Source: Octopus bimaculoides
Taxonomy: Eukaryota
Assembly: GCF_001194135.2 (NCBI RefSeq)
Contig: NC_068984.1
Location: 33,946,993-34,010,992 of the forward strand
Direction: 5' to 3'
DNA length: 64,000 nt
Shown: positions 51,932 through 64,000 of the stretch, in pieces
Position numbering within the stretch: the stretch's first letter is position 1
How the letters are laid out: every line of letters starts with the position of its first letter
Translations under genes and position numbers: made by a program
The notes under the pieces: model-generated
Seen by the model: the letters and a program-made list of their open reading frames with translations, nothing else
The model's database searches: none
Told to the model about the DNA's origin: nothing

Positions 51932-52083
51932 TGGAGTGGTTGGTATTAGGAAGGCACCCAGCTGTAGAAACATTGCCAGATCAGATTGGAGCCTGGTGCA
52001 GGAGCTGTCTCTCCAGACCTCAGTCAAACCATCCAACTCATGCCATGAAAAACAGATGTTAAACTATGATCATCATCATCATT
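51932..52083 (+). mobile_element. RTE-type 3' tail
   Basis: gagtggttggtattaggaaggc..ctgtagaaac..cagtcaaaccatccaac..gttaaac. Confidence 0.8.
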
Positions 52084-53726
52084 ATATTACATTACATACA
52101 AACACCCCCTCATATATATATATATATANNNNNNNNNNNNNNNNNNNNNNNNNNNNNNNNNNNNNNNNNNNNNNNNNNNNNNNNNNNNNNNNNNNNNNNN
52201 NNNNNNNNNNNNNNNNNNNNNNNNNNNNNNNNNNNNNNNNNNNNNNNNNNNNNNNNNNNNNNNNNNNNNNNNNNNNNNNNNNNNNNNNNNNNNNNNNNNT
52301 CATCATTATATTACATTACATACAAACACCCCCTCATATATATATATATATATGCACACACACAAACATATTACATACCATATTTTATTTTGTTATACTA
52401 TTTTATATTATGTTGATTGAATATAGAAAATGCAGTTGGTATTTTTATGCTTTACATAAAGAAGCACATTTCTGCAAGCCAAATGATCTTTTGCTTAACC
52501 CCTTGACGTATTCGCTTGGTATTATCAGCAAAATATACAATGCAATATTTGTTACATGTCCTTATGTATCCCAGCCATACATATTGTAGGTAAGCAAGTT
52601 TGTGTAGCTGAATAGAGTGAGATACCAGTGTAAGATAATTGTATGGTGCTAAGAGAGTAGGTATAAAGCAGACGAGATAAAGGCTGTGATGGAGAATGGA
52701 AAGAAAAATAGGAGAGTGTATATGATCATGCATACATGTGTGTGTGTATGTGTGCACATGTACTTATGTGTGTGTGTTCATATTTCCTGACAATACATGT
52801 ATGGATGCCTGTGCTAGTATGCGGAACTATCAGTAAGTGTGACTATATATATATAGGTATGCGTGCATGAATAGATGTGTGTATGTGTGAGCATGCCCAT
52901 GTAAACGACCAGACAACCTGTGAATGACACTGATTTACAGAGCTATTTACAAACACACTGGCTGAAGGCTATCAAATATACTGGCCAAGGACTATGTCTG
53001 CCAAATTATTAATTTGACCCAAATACCATAAAAACGTCAAGAAGGAAAAAATATATGGTCTAGCTTTCATATTTTGATATATGCCAGTGGCTGTTGGTAC
53101 TGATTTTGTAATTATTTTGTTATTATTACTACACCAACCAAATGCTCGCCAATTATTTTCTTCCTTACTCTGTCTATAGATGTGAATTGTGCTTGGAGAA
53201 GTGTCTGTATATCTGTATGTCCATCTCTGCCATTCTCTCTTCTCTATGACTACTCTCTAAGCACCTCCTATAATCTCACTCCTGTGTCACCTGTATTCTG
53301 CAATACCAACTTGCTTACAATTCACAAGTGTACCCAAAAAATACATGTTTACCTATAATATACATGCTTACTACAATATGCCTACTAGCCAGCAGTATGC
53401 ATGGGATATATGAAGGCATGCAGTAAACATTGCGTTGCATTTTTTGCTAATAATACCAAGACAGTAAGCCAACTGGATTATGTAACATGCCAACTGGTTT
53501 GCTTGAATGGTAATGACAATCAGTGTAAAAAATTAACTAAGTTTTATGTGTTCTCAATCATATATAATGTTGTTCATATTTTGCACACTAACCAATGCAG
53601 AGATACAATGGCTGTTGTCAAACTGTTTGGAGTATAAGAGTAGAGTGTACAACTATTTACTAAGATCAAAACATTTGGTAAAGTATCATGCCTTCCAGCA
53701 TACTTTATACATTGCACATACATACA

Positions 53727-53789
<63 letters not shown>

Positions 53790-53801
<12 letters not shown>

Positions 53802-53985
53802 GAAATTTACAGAAAAACGAACGATGAAGACAGGTGTATAAACAACAAGCTGGTGTATTAGTTTAACACTCAGGAAGGTGAGAAAGTCTTTTATGTTTTG
53901 AGCCTATGCTCTTCAACAGAAAGGAACATGAGGAAATAAACATAAAGAGAATAAAAAAAAACGTTGGGAGCTAGCGATCAATCTT
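53790..53985 (-). mobile_element. Hammerhead-like-bearing repeat (putative PLE-derived)
   Basis: rc 53888-53924: CCTTT CTGTTGA A GAGC atag GCTC AAAA CAT A AAAG. Confidence 0.45.
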
Positions 53986-54087
53986 TGTTCATATATATAC
54001 TTGTAAATTGAGGAAATAATCATTAACATGATTATATCAGTGGCTAGCATGTAAAAAACGACCATAACAGTAAAATTAATTTTTAAG

Positions 54088-54335
54088 TATATAATTATAA
54101 AAATATAATTATAATTAAGGGTACTGGAATTTCAGCGCCATTACACTAGAAGTAGATGTCCAATACCTACAATCCTCTCTAAACTTGTTCTTTATTTATA
54201 ACCCAAGGTCAAATGTAAGTAAATGAGCAAGAAGAATTTACAATATAAATACAGAACAAATTTAGAGTGGATTGTAGATATTTAACATCTACTTCAAGTG
54301 CCCTTAATTATAATTATATTTTTATAATTATATAT
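54088..54335. repeat. Imperfect foldback (inverted arms ~110 and ~90 bp, ~43-bp spacer)
   Basis: taattataattaagggtact..gaagtagatgtccaatacctacaatcctctctaaacttgttctttatttata vs rc of 54244-54335. Confidence 0.8.
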
Positions 54336-54337
54336 GT

Positions 54338-54378
<41 letters not shown>

Positions 54379-54402
54379 TATGCATGTGTGTGTATATATA
54401 TG

Positions 54403-54558
54403 TGCAGGAGTGGCTGTGTGCTAAGTAGCATGCTTACCAACCACATGGTTCCAGGTTCATTCCCATTGCATGGCAACTTAGGCAAGTTCTACTATAGCCT
54501 TGGGTCAACCAAAGCCTTGTGAGTGGATTTGGTAGACAGAAACTGAAAGAAGCCCGTC

Positions 54559-54606
<48 letters not shown>

Positions 54607-54787
54607 GTGTGTATATGTTTGTGTGTCTGCGTTTGTTACATCCTCGTAACTTAGCGGTTCAGCAAAAGAAACCAATAGAATAAGTGCTAGGCTTTCAAAG
54701 AATAAGTCCTGGGCTCAATTTGCTCGACTAAAGGCGGTGCTCCAACATGTCCACAGTCAAATGACTGAAACAAGTAAAAGAGTAAAG
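54403..54787 (+). mobile_element. Family A SINE, full length
   Basis: gcaggagtggctgtgtgctaagtagc..ttggtagacagaaactgaaagaagcccgtcg(TA)n..aaatgactgaaacaagtaaaagagtaaag. Confidence 0.93.
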
Positions 54788-54790
54788 TGC

Positions 54791-54863
<73 letters not shown>

Positions 54864-56179
54864 CACGTAAATATCGAACAGTGAGAATGAGTGTTCAATA
54901 CTGTATTGGTGGATAAAAATTCTGCATTAGTGCATTAAGGCTACCATCGGTTTCATGATAAGGAAATTCTTCAAAACTTATTCAAATCAATCACATAGCA
55001 AAAATTGGTGTTTGTCTATATTTTGGATTTTAATGCTTCTTATTAAAGTCAAAAAAGTCTTCAGAAACTGTTACTCAGAGTTTCACATTGTTGTTCCTGA
55101 GACAGTAATAGGTTGGACAGAATTTCATTAAGGCTGATTTTTATAGCCAGATGCCATTCCTATTGCCAACCCTCATATATTTTCAACCAATGCCATATAT
55201 ATTTCTCCATAGCCTGATATGTTTCCATAGAAACTTTGAAACAAATGATACATTGTTGACTACATTTTGTTTTCTAGCTGTAAAAGATGTTCATAGACTA
55301 GAGCCTGAGCCCCTTAGGACAAAAATAGCCTCTGAATAATGTATTTCAATAATACAATATTATTACCAAGGTTTTCTCTGTAATAATACATTTGAATGGT
55401 TTCCCAACAGGGATGGGTGTTAAGAATGTTCTACTATTAATTACTTGTTCCTGATCATTGAGATAACAATTGTATGTGAAATATGAATTGATAGGATAGA
55501 AGCTGACAATTAATTATATTATGTTTATATTACATTTGACATTTAATAGATGACAACAGAATGTAATATATAATTTTAAGTGAATGACACACATTATAGC
55601 GGAGAAACAGTAAAATGAAAGAATTATAATACAAAGGTTGGTTAAAACATACAATTTGTATACAGAACCTTAAGGTAATATTTTAGTTATAAAGTCAATA
55701 AAATATGGGAGAATATTCTAGATTAATCTGGTATTAGAACATTAAAATGAATACATACTGGAAATAATAAAGAAACAAAGAAACTAAGAGACATTTGGAA
55801 TACTGTAATATTGAAATGAGAGGGAGAAATGGTGAGAAAAAGGAGGAGAGATAACAAAAGTAGAAGCAAAGAATAAAAGAGTTGGCTGAAATGGAATTGA
55901 AAGGCGATATGATGAGATAAAATGGCATATATTAAATAAAGGATGGTGGGATGGTACTGCTAGTGGCTCGAAATCAATGTCTCAGATGCAAACTGAGAAA
56001 ATGGCCAAACAGTGGAGATGGCTTACAAGAGTTTGTTTAGATGACTCTATCAATATGGGTGTGTGTGAGAGTGTGTGTGAGAATGTGTGTGCTTCTGTGT
56101 GTGTATGTGTGTGTGAGAATGTGTGTTCTTTTGTGTGTATATGTGTGAGTGCTTGTGCACACCCTTGTCTTAGCATCAC

Positions 56180-56415
56180 ACGATGGCCATAAATGTGTAT
56201 CAGTGTAATACAAGTAAGGTTGCTCACTTCCAGTTCTCTGTGGAAAACATATACGGTCAGGGGAAATAATACCTTGCTTGAAAACAGGTGAGAACTGGTA
56301 AGAGGAAAGGCAGCCAGCTGTAGAAGATATACCTCAGCAAAATCTGTCTGATCCATGCAAGTATGGAAAAGTGACTGTTAAATGATAATGAGGATGATGA
56401 TAGTGATGATGATGA
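56180..56415 (+). mobile_element. RTE-type 3' tail or related repeat, diverged
   Basis: gagaactgg..aggaaaggcagccagctgtagaa..catgcaagtatggaaaagtgactgttaaatgat. Confidence 0.55.
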
Positions 56416-56497
56416 CATGTACTCACACTCACATAAATAAGCAAACATATATACACTCACACATACATACATAGATACATACATACATATATACATA

Positions 56498-57248
56498 CAG
56501 GGTGCAGTGAATAAACTGTCATCTAAATTATGCAAAAAATGTAAGTAATACTAACATCTCATTTTAACAGATATATTTGCCAAAATTACATAAGAATATC
56601 TTGTAGTAATACTAAAGAGTAAACTTATTCAATAAACTCACCATTGGCTTCAATCACAACCTCCAGACGACTCTGGAATCTCCTGCAACTGTTCTGGATG
56701 GTCTCCTCCTTTAATTTGGTAAATGCTGCCATAAACCTTATCTTCAGTTCATCCTTAGTGTTACAAGGAGTTTTGCTCATCTCTCACTCAAGGGGGTTGC
56801 AGTCTGGAGATTTAGATGGCCAGATAGATGTTAGGGCTGATGTAGGCATGGAAATTGTGTGACATCCATGTGTTCACCTACTTGTGTGGCATGGTGCAGT
56901 CCTGTTGCCAGACAGGGTGTTCCAGCACCTACCCTCTTGACCCAAGGCAGTACTACCTCCTCCAGGCACTTGATGTAGGCCTTTGTGTTAAGTCTGAGGC
57001 AGTGTGGAAAGATGACTGGAGGCATAACGTCGCCATCGCTAACGATCACTCTAAACACCATGATGTTGACTGGATGTCAGTTCTCAGATTGCACTGTCCT
57101 CAGATTGACACCCAAACACTCTGAAATGTTCATATTGGAGCTTCCAGTACAAAAGCCAAGCAGTACAGCATGTCGTTTCCAAATTTCTGGTAGAGTGAAT
57201 TGCATCATGGTGCTGTTTTTCTCACAGACAGTGCCCAACTGACCCTAT
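56498..57248 (-). mobile_element. Internally deleted Tc1/mariner (maT/DD37D-like) DNA transposon
   Basis: N-terminal HTH MMQFTLPEIWKRHAVLLG..SECLGVNLRTVQ fused to DDE C-terminus IMVFRVIVSDGDVMPP.IFP..LRLNT.AYI.CLEEVVLPW..WQQD..TKDELK..C.RF.SRLEVVIEANG.FIE*; TA-CAGGGTG terminus at 56496. Confidence 0.85.
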
Positions 57249-57704
57249 TATACTTTGCAGTCGACAAAATCAAAAACAAACAATGCACGTGCATGAAATT
57301 TAAAATAGAATTTAAAATATAAAATAGCAACAATTTACTCATCGCACACTCTACATGCATACATATATACATATATATANNNNNNNNNNNNNNNNNNNNN
57401 NNNNNNNNNNNNNNNNNNNNNNNNNNNNNNNNNNNNNNNNNNNNNNNNNNNNNNNNNNNNNNNNNNNNNNNNNNNNNNNNNNNNNNNNNNNNNNNNNNNN
57501 NNNNNNNNNNNNNNNNNNNNNNNNNNNNNNNNNNNNNNNNNNNNNNNNNNNNNNNNNNNNNNNNNNNNNNNNNNNNNNNNNNNNNNNNNNNNNNNNNNNN
57601 NNNNNNNNNNNNNNNNNNNNNNNNNNNNNNNNNNNNATATATATATATATATATATACATAGATATCCTCCCAGTTGAGGGTTTCTTTGTTTTACAAGGT
57701 ACTT

Positions 57705-57920
57705 TGTGACCTTGTCATTGCTGGTACCACATAAAAAGCACTGATCCTGGTGCAACATGGAAAGTATTCAGCACTCTCTGTAAAGAGGTTGGCATTTGAA
57801 GAGCAACAAGTTGCAGACACCATGTGAAAACAGGCAATGGAGCTTGGTGCAATCCCTCGCCTTGCCAACTCCTCTGAAACAGATGCCAAGATGGAAAAGA
57901 CACATTAAATGTTGATGATT
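57705..57920 (+). mobile_element. RTE-type 3' tail, diverged
   Basis: gctggtaccacataaaaagcac..ggttggcatt..ggagcttggtgca..atggaaaag..gttgatgat. Confidence 0.6.
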
Positions 57921-57979
57921 ACATTTATATATATACATATATATATATATAAGCACACAGACAGTTAGACAGACAGACA

Positions 57980-58027
<48 letters not shown>

Positions 58028-58574
58028 CATTGATATACACCTTTGTATATATCAGTATATCAATTTCATAGTGTTGACAACAGTTTACACTAGAAGAATA
58101 GGAAATCAAAGTGTAGAGATGCAAAAGTAAATACTATAAAACTGCTAATACAGAAATCATATATTCTAGTTACTCTACCATTCTAATAATTGCAATGATC
58201 TTGATTTCTAATATAAGTACATTTCAAATTTAGTGGGTGTGAGAATATTGTTGATTATGTCTCCCAAGGTTTTTCCTTTTTTTATATACAGCTTAGTCAG
58301 AAAAATGGCACATCTCAGAGCTTCTGTGACTGGTCAGATGAAGAAAGTAAGTAACTTTAGGCTGGAGACTGCTTGAAATGCTTGCAATATAATTCACTCC
58401 ATTAAAGGCATGCACAGGCCAGATAGTGATGTGAAGATGACAGGTTAAGTCTATAACCTTATATTAAGAATTTCTATCTAAATTGCATGCAATAAGCTTG
58501 GGTCAACATGAAGCCATGACAATATTTGCCCAAAGTACCACACATTTTACTAGGCTTAAACCAGTAATCTGGCA

Positions 58575-58720
58575 GAACTGTTAGCAACGCTTACTGGCAT
58601 TTCTTCTGGCATTTTGTGTTCAAATACCACCAAACTCAGCTTTGTTTTTCATCCTTTCGGGGTTCATAAAATAAAGTGACCTTCAACAACTGGGATTAAT
58701 GTGACCTCTAAAAATTGCTA
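58575..58720 (+). mobile_element. Family B SINE, decayed
   Basis: ctggcagaactgttagca..gttcaaat..gtttttcatcctttcggggttcataaaataaagt. Confidence 0.7.
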
Positions 58721-59353
58721 GTTTTGGTGAAGCATTTTTTGCAAATTCTTTTCCCAGCCTTGGAAAGCAGGGATATAAAGTTGATTTTGGTGAATTTCAA
58801 GCTCATATTGTAAAGGTACGTAATTAATGAATGCAAGACATGTTACATAAGTCTCTAATCATTCTGCAATAAGGTTAAAGACACTGGAACATTAATTATA
58901 TTCACCTAGAGTATTTCCAGAAATAAATTACAGAAAAAGTTTTATAAACCCAATGAAATGCATCATTGTAAATGAAATATACGCTAAATCAGAGTTCAGT
59001 TCACTTCAGCTACAAGTTAAAACTGTGTTTCTTTACATAACAGTTAAAATATTGTTTCTTTATTTCTTCTCCAGCATTATCAAGTGCATAAATTACTATC
59101 CAGTGATTCATTAGGTGATAGAGAACTTCTGTTATTAATTTTCAAGTTTTAACAGCTTAGCCAGTAAGTTTTTAAAATGTAGACATATTGTCTAAATTCA
59201 GGAGCATAAATCAAGAGAACAACCATCTTACTTCTATAAAGGACACAAAAGTAAATGTAATCTACAGTATCTTATATATATTGTGTGTGTGTGTGTGTGT
59301 GTGTGTGCATGAGTGTGTGTGTGTGTGTGGATGAGTGTGTGTGTGCATGAGTG

Positions 59354-59392
<39 letters not shown>

Positions 59393-59479
59393 GTAGATAT
59401 CATCATCATCATCATTTTAATGTCCACTTTTCTAAGCTCACATAGGTCATACAAGGAAGGAAGGAATGAATAAATAGAT

Positions 59480-59562
<83 letters not shown>
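59480..59562. repeat. (GAAA)n/(GATA)n tetranucleotide repeats
   Basis: Direct reading. Confidence 0.95.
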
Positions 59563-59563
<1 letters not shown>

Positions 59564-60694
59564 GTAACAGAAGAAAAGGAAATAAAATTATTAGAATTAC
59601 ATCTGGCGACTTAAATCCTTGTTCAGTGGGTCCTATATTTGAATTTATGTTGATTTATATTCATAAGTTTAAGTTTTAACAGCCAACCAGTCACAATTGT
59701 TAAGTATGAATTTAATATTGCTAAAGGAGGTAAAAAAAACAACCACTGAAATTGAAATTATATAGAAAATAACTATTTTATAGCAAAATATATATAAAGG
59801 AAAATGATAAATAAAAGCAAGATGGGCTTTGTATTGGCAAAATAAAGATTTAACAAACAAGTTAATTTTGTAAAGCAATTTTAAATGTTACCAGTGTTAA
59901 TGAAGGGTGAGAAAAAATATTTAAGCAGTATTTCAAATGTGGTATATTTCTGAAATTTAATTATTTTTCTAGACTTAAGTGTTCTCTTAGGAACATGCAG
60001 TTTATTCACTGACTTAAATTATTGATGTTAGACATCATGTCTACATTTTTTACCTTTTGGCTTATGTATTTAATCATCCAATTAAGAGCCAAATGATATA
60101 CTTAATTGTGATTCCAAAGGAAGGAAACTTTTCTTTATAATTAATTCGGTTAAATAGTCTTTAACTCTTTTCTTTGACTTATACATATATCTAGGAACTT
60201 AGAACTGAAGCCAGTCTTTTGTAACTTTATCAAAGTATTTCGTAATGAAAAGTGTCCTAATAAGATTTCTTCTGGCAATAATATAACAATGTATTACAGC
60301 TAAGAAATGCAGTGCTGAAAGAATCAAAGACTAATATTAAAGGAAATTATTGTTCTAATTGGATAAATGTTCTCCAACATTAATCAAACAGTTAAGACAA
60401 AGATATTCTACATAACCACAGGCATGGTTATGCAATTATGAAGCTTGCTTTGCAATAACAAGAATCTGGGCTGAAATCCACTGTACTGTATCTTGGAAAA
60501 GTGTCTGCTTATGTAACTTTTGGTTGATTCAAGCCTTTTCAATGAAATCAGATGGACAGTCAATCTGAAGAAGCCTATTGAACTGCGTTTAATTCTTGGG
60601 TGACATTTAATTCACTGCTTGCTTTAGCACTATCACCTGGTGCTTGGCTGCTTTAAGCAGAATTCAATTTTGTGAAAGTACTCAAATCTTATTT

Positions 60695-60834
60695 ACATTA
60701 TTTACATCCGACGGATATTTGTCCTCATCTTGTTTGTTGTTAACACAACGTTTAGGCTGATATACCCTCCAGCCTTCTTCAGGTGCCTTGGAGAAATTTC
60801 GAACCTGGGTCCTCATTCCTAAGGTATTTTTCAA

Positions 60835-60874
<40 letters not shown>

Positions 60875-60952
60875 GTTATTGTTCAGGTCACTGCTTGGAA
60901 TCGAACTCGGAATCTTGGGGTTAGTAGCCTGCGCTCTTAACCACTATGCTAT
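60695..60952 (-). mobile_element. tRNA-head plus hammerhead unit, copy 4
   Basis: rc: gcatagtggttaagagcgcaggctactaaccccaagattccgaGTTCGATTCC..(AAT)n..GGCAC CTGAAGA AGGCTG gagggtatat CAGCC TAAA CGTT GTGTT (HHR 60742-60787). Confidence 0.9.
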
Positions 60953-61044
60953 GTATACATGTATATATATATANNNNNNNNNNCATACATACATGCATAC
61001 ATACATACATACATACATACATACATACATACACACATACATAT

Positions 61045-61212
61045 ATATGATGGGCTTCTTTCAGTTTCCGTCTACCAAACCCACTCACAAGGATTTGATC
61101 ATCCCAAGGCTATAGTGGAAGACACTTGCACAAGGTTCCAAGCAGTGTGACTGAACCCAGAACTATGTGGTTCATAAGTAAGCTACTTACGACAGAGCCA
61201 CTCCTACGCCTA
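61045..61212 (-). mobile_element. Family A SINE 5' half
   Basis: gatgggcttctttcagtttccgtctaccaaacccactcacaagg..gactgaaccc..ctacttac..agccactcctacgcc. Confidence 0.88.
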
Positions 61213-62599
61213 TAATGTACATAATTCCTCATCTCTTAAATATAAAACTGTATTCAAACCTTATTACTAATCTTAGAATAACTGAGTACTAAGTTACGCT
61301 GCTTTATTCTTTGACCACTTCCCTTTCTTTCTTACTAATCTTGGATACCGAACAAAGATCATGAACACTATGATTTCTTCACAGATTAAACTATAAAGAA
61401 AAACGAATTTGCAATTTAAATATTACCCACAAATAGCACGCCTTTTTAATAACACACATAGTAGGGGTTAACTACAAATTTTCAGTCCTTCTAATTTCAT
61501 TGTGCTTTGAAAGATTATATTAAAAACAAATTAAAGACTCCTAATGGGAATCTGAGAGAGTATTGAGGGACGTAATCTAAATGTCATTGATCAAGTTCAA
61601 TTTACATCTTAAGGCATCAATCAATAGCATGTTATAAGGTCAGGTCAAGTGGGGAGGGGGCATGCACCATTGCAGTGCATTGCTGCATTCACAATTTGCC
61701 AGTATATTCCTGGGTCCTCAGAAGACAAGCAGAGACCCAGTCAGTCCCCATTTCCGTGAGATACTTCCTCATCTGTCATGACAACAAGGTATATGGTCAA
61801 CCAGCATGAGCCATCAACCCAGCCAGATCGTCAATGAAGAGAACTTGATAAACAGGTTCTAACTTAGAAAACCGAGTAAGATGGCCAAACAGAATGTTTG
61901 GCCACGTGATAATAATGTGAATAAAATATAGTTTCAGTGTCAACAGTAGAAATGACTTTCAAGGAATGGAGGTGAATCTGTTGTACACTGAACCATTGGT
62001 TTAAACTCGAATGTTCAATAAGGATATTCTTAATAAATGTATTAATAAAATAAAAGCATTTACTGGAGAACCTACTACACTCTTTAGAAAATGTCAAAGT
62101 GAGAATTTTTGTAGTTGTAAAGCTACACTATCAATAACAAAAAGAGATGGAACAACAACCAATCTGATTTCCTGATTATGAAAACAAACAAAACTGTACA
62201 AGAAATATTTAGATAGATTGATAAAAAGCCTGGGTCAACCAAAGGAAACTGATTCTGACCGGAATAGAATACTGGAATATGAATAATTTCAATGCTTCAA
62301 AATTATTAGGTATTCTTCAGGTTATATTATATAAACAAGAAAAATAGCCATCAGAGCTTATTTCCTAGAATGTGAAGCAGCTTCAGTTAATCTATAAATG
62401 ACTGACAATATTTTAGATGGCTTTCATGAATTGCAACCAAACATCTCATAATGCTTAACTACATCGTTATTCTGTCAGAGAGACCAAAAAGCAGTAAATA
62501 CACTTCAGCTGTAGCTATTAATATTCGTACACACACACACACACACATACACACACACACACACACATAAATACATACACATACACACACAAACACAAA

Positions 62600-62780
62600 C
62601 ATCATTATCATTATTGTCATCATCATCATCATCCTCTAACAACCATGGTCCTTGCTGGCATAGATTAGACAATTTGACAGGATCTGAGGGGTATGAAGGC
62701 TACATCCTGCTCCTTGCTCAAATATTTGTTTGGGCAAGGTGTCTATGACTGGTTGTTCAACCACTTTTCAGAGTTGCTTT
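62600..62780 (-). mobile_element. RTE-type 3' tail, diverged
   Basis: (CAT)n..tgctggcatag..gacaatttgacagga. Confidence 0.5.
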
Positions 62781-63105
62781 TCTAGGTGCTTTTCTAGTGA
62801 GGTTAGCATGCATCTTACATAACTAAGAACCCTTCAACTGAGTAGAGATACAATGGGAAGGAAACAGGCTTCATGTTAGAAGTTGAGGAGAAGCAGTATG
62901 AAAGAAGGGACTGGATCAAAGCAGATTTCTTGTGGTAGAGGAGGAAGCTATATGGCTTGTCAGATTATAGAAGAGAAAGTGAAAGTTACCAGAAAAAGAT
63001 AAAAATAGTGGTGATGAGGTGTTGGAGTAGAACCTTGAAACACAAGATGAGTAGAAGTGAGAGAGAATAAAATGAGAGGGAGTATGGGTGTATTGAGTTT
63101 CCACT

Positions 63106-63175
63106 CACATGGACTTACACACACACATGGACTTACACACACACATGGACTTACACACACACATGGACTTACACA
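63106..63175. repeat. 18-bp minisatellite x4
   Basis: catggacttacacacaca repeated. Confidence 0.9.
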
Positions 63176-63657
63176 TACACATCTTCATATGCACACATGA
63201 ACACATACATATATACTGAGAGAGAGAGACACACACAGACAGAGACAGAGTGACATAGAGTGGGACACACACATGCACCCATACACATGTCCACACATGC
63301 ATACACACATACATACATTCCCACTCCACCAATGTACACATGCCAATACACAGACACACACACACACACACCCTTTTGACTGCCTCTCAAAACTTTCTAC
63401 TGTTCTGACTACTACTGACCATCCCATCTATGCACATGTGCAAGAACACACAACCACCCATGCATACATTCTGTCACCATAGCTGCTGACCTCTCACTAG
63501 GACATTAGCAGACACACAGAGATCACTCACATAAATACATGTAAACATTTAATACCACACACACACACACACGCATGCTACCTTACACAGTATCACAAAC
63601 ACATACCAACACACACACAGACAGTTACTGCCACAAGTACATGCACACATATGCTAT

Positions 63658-63707
<50 letters not shown>

Positions 63708-63869
63708 ACTACACACACAGCCAGACATACACACAGATACCAACCATTCTTCTCCTGTCCCAGAAAGCACTTTTTTTTTGTCCATCTATTTCCACTCATT
63801 CCAAAATGTAACTAATGGACTGTTGGCTTTTTTCCTTCCTTCTTTTCTCTTGGACTTTCCTATGTCTCC

Positions 63870-63906
63870 TGTCTCTGAAGAAGAGCATTGCTTGAAACAT
63901 AAAACA
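63870..63906 (+). ncRNA. Minimal hammerhead-like motif, decayed
   Basis: TGTCT CTGAAGA A GAGC att GCTT GAAA CAT A AAACA; both core strands intact. Confidence 0.5.
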
Positions 63907-64000
63907 GCCACTATTTCTTTCCTTCTCTGAGTGTCTTATTAATACTTTGCATGTACCACATCATCGCATTATTCTTTTTCTTGCAGACTTTTTTTTTACT

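Noticed and set aside
52071-52352. Duplicated ~55 bp around gap 52129-52299
   Set aside because: Same gap-overlap artefact.
61690-61730. Minus-strand CTGAGGA-C-CCAG(gaatata)CTGG-CAAA
   Set aside because: Stem II is plausible but GAAA is absent and there is no stem I or III; too weak to call an HHR.

Overview
AT-rich, microsatellite-dense, gapped (13 N-runs) animal genomic DNA; the repeat families point to an octopod cephalopod (Octopus-like; inference). No host protein-coding gene could be supported, and nearly all long ORFs in the track are microsatellite or N artefacts. The window is a mosaic of: two tRNA-derived SINE families (>20 copies); many 5'-truncated RTE LINE 3' ends; fragments of RTE-BovB, CR1 and R4/Dong LINEs; a pogo/Tigger and an internally deleted Tc1/mariner (maT-like) transposon; and Penelope-like elements (PLEs). 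The main signal is eight minimal type I hammerhead ribozyme (HHR) or HHR-like motifs from about four sequence families. One family couples a tRNA-Ile-like Pol III head, an (AAT)n spacer and a hammerhead (four copies; one directly follows a Penelope GIY-YIG ORF). A second HHR sits in a composite where inverted arms enclose a ~96% identical inverted copy of a dead RTE fragment lying 5 kb away, which suggests templated capture of local DNA. Alignments, identities and coordinates were read by eye.
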